From assembly GCA_963833125.1 (NCBI GenBank), contig CAWHWX010000016.1:224001-288000 (forward strand): 64,000 nt of DNA. Reading direction: 5' to 3'. The stretch is from Candidatus Bathyarchaeota archaeon. Lineage in GTDB: Archaea > Thermoproteota > Bathyarchaeia > 40CM-2-53-6. Made by a program: the position numbers and the translations under genes. The notes under the pieces are model-generated. The model saw only the letters and a list, made by a program, of their open reading frames with translations. It ran no database searches and was not told the origin of the DNA. Below are positions 63,196 to 64,000 of the stretch, one piece after another (within the stretch, counting starts at the first letter, position 1; every line of letters begins with the position of its first letter).

Positions 63196-63537
63196 ATGGC
63201 CCGACTTTACGATCGACTTATGCGGTTTGATAAACAGGTGCGGTTTGCGGCAGTCGTAGACGGACGTGGAAGAATCATTGAGGGCGGCATGAGGGAGGGT
63301 CTGCAACCGATTGAGCCTTTGGAGAAGACGCCTCATTTGATTGCGAAGCTGGTTTCTGAGCAGAAAACGGAGGATCTCGCCGAATTCTTTGGGAAGCCCG
63401 AATATTCGATTCTTCTTCATGAGAAGATTATTGCTTTCATCTTCCGTTCGGGAAAGAGGTTTGTTCTTGTTACGGCGGGTAGAAGATTTCCGCTAAGTAA
63501 GGTTGCGAGATTACGGACGATCGTGATGAAGAAATGA
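63196..63537 (+). CDS. DUF6659/roadblock-like small protein
   Basis: VRFAAVVDGRGRIIEGGMREGL pattern typical of TACK roadblock-like proteins. Confidence 0.6.
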   Translation: MARLYDRLMRFDKQVRFAAVVDGRGRIIEGGMREGLQPIEPLEKTPHLIAKLVSEQKTEDLAEFFGKPEYSILLHEKIIAFIFRSGKRFVLVTAGRRFPLSKVARLRTIVMKK

Positions 63538-63558
63538 ACTACTCTACTGAATCTTAGG

Positions 63559-63999
63559 TTAACTTGCCGTCATTGTTGGAGTGGTTTCCTCTGCCCGTAC
63601 CTTTGGCGAACTAGCGTCTCTAGTCTTCATGCCTGCTAGCTTCTTCAGAGCATATTCGGCGTATAGCTTGGGAAGTTCCCAGAGCATGACCCTCTTGCTA
63701 TGTCGCATCGAATCATACATGAAACAGATGTGTGTACAAAAGCACTGATCTAAATCGACCTGTCGAACCTCTCTCTTTCGTTCGACTGAATCCCAGAACT
63801 TACTGAAATCCATTCCAAACTTTCGGAGATTTCCGATTGGCTTCCTTAGCTCGCAAACTCTGACGTCTGAGTTGTAATCAATCACGATCGAGGTCTGACC
63901 CGCTGTGCATGGCATCTTCCACTTGGTGCGGTAAGCATAATTCTTGAATTGCGTATCATAACTAAACATGTACCCAGCCTTCCAAAACGCCTTCGCCAA
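63559..63999 (-). CDS. Radical SAM protein, C-terminal SPASM/twitch part (5' end outside the window)
   Basis: PCTAG...VRVCE...IGNL...CFCTHIC. Confidence 0.75.
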   Translation of the reverse strand: MAKAFWKAGYMFSYDTQFKNYAYRTKWKMPCTAGQTSIVIDYNSDVRVCELRKPIGNLRKFGMDFSKFWDSVERKREVRQVDLDQCFCTHICFMYDSMRHSKRVMLWELPKLYAEYALKKLAGMKTRDASSPKVRAEETTPTMTAS

Positions 64000-64000
64000 C

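Noticed and set aside
210-63420. Many antisense or alternate-frame ORFs in the track (e.g. 1654-2196, 42740-43306, 63031-63420)
   Set aside because: They overlap well-supported genes and show no recognisable motifs, so they are treated as shadow ORFs

Overview
Archaeal chromosomal DNA, most consistent with a TACK-group, Bathyarchaeia-like organism. The basis is TFE, aMBF1, Trm56, NAC, A-type ATPase A/B/D, BHB-intron tRNAs and TATA-type promoters. Most of the window is housekeeping or metabolic: grpE-dnaK-dnaJ, prs, ribokinase, nth, htpX, ilvE, lipoate ligase, atpABD, guaA, ppdK, ggt and two ABC exporters. Many conserved genes are broken by single-base indels, often in homopolymer runs, which points to uncorrected long-read error rather than true pseudogenes. 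Two accessory patches (about 14.2-16.6 kb and 20.6-25.5 kb) carry mobile-element debris and surface proteins. Six signals stand out. (1) Three secreted proteins share a C-terminal IPEYP-xGL...AY..RRR sorting signal, a PEF-CTERM-like variant. (2) A tRNA-Val(TAC) has two non-canonical BHB introns, one lying inside the putative att core of an in-frame, SSV-style integrase remnant. (3) A ribbon-helix-helix/nucleotidyltransferase fusion with a GTATTAC-N16-GTATTAC operator-like site is divergent from an unannotated 47-aa TFS-like zinc ribbon that lacks the catalytic DE. (4) A receptor-like single-pass protein ends in a degenerate KaiC/RAD55 domain. (5) Orphan SdhC/SdhD-like anchors follow a sulfite-oxidase-family Mo enzyme. 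(6) A surface protein has an extreme Tyr-rich tract. All family calls come from motif recognition by eye; no database search was run.
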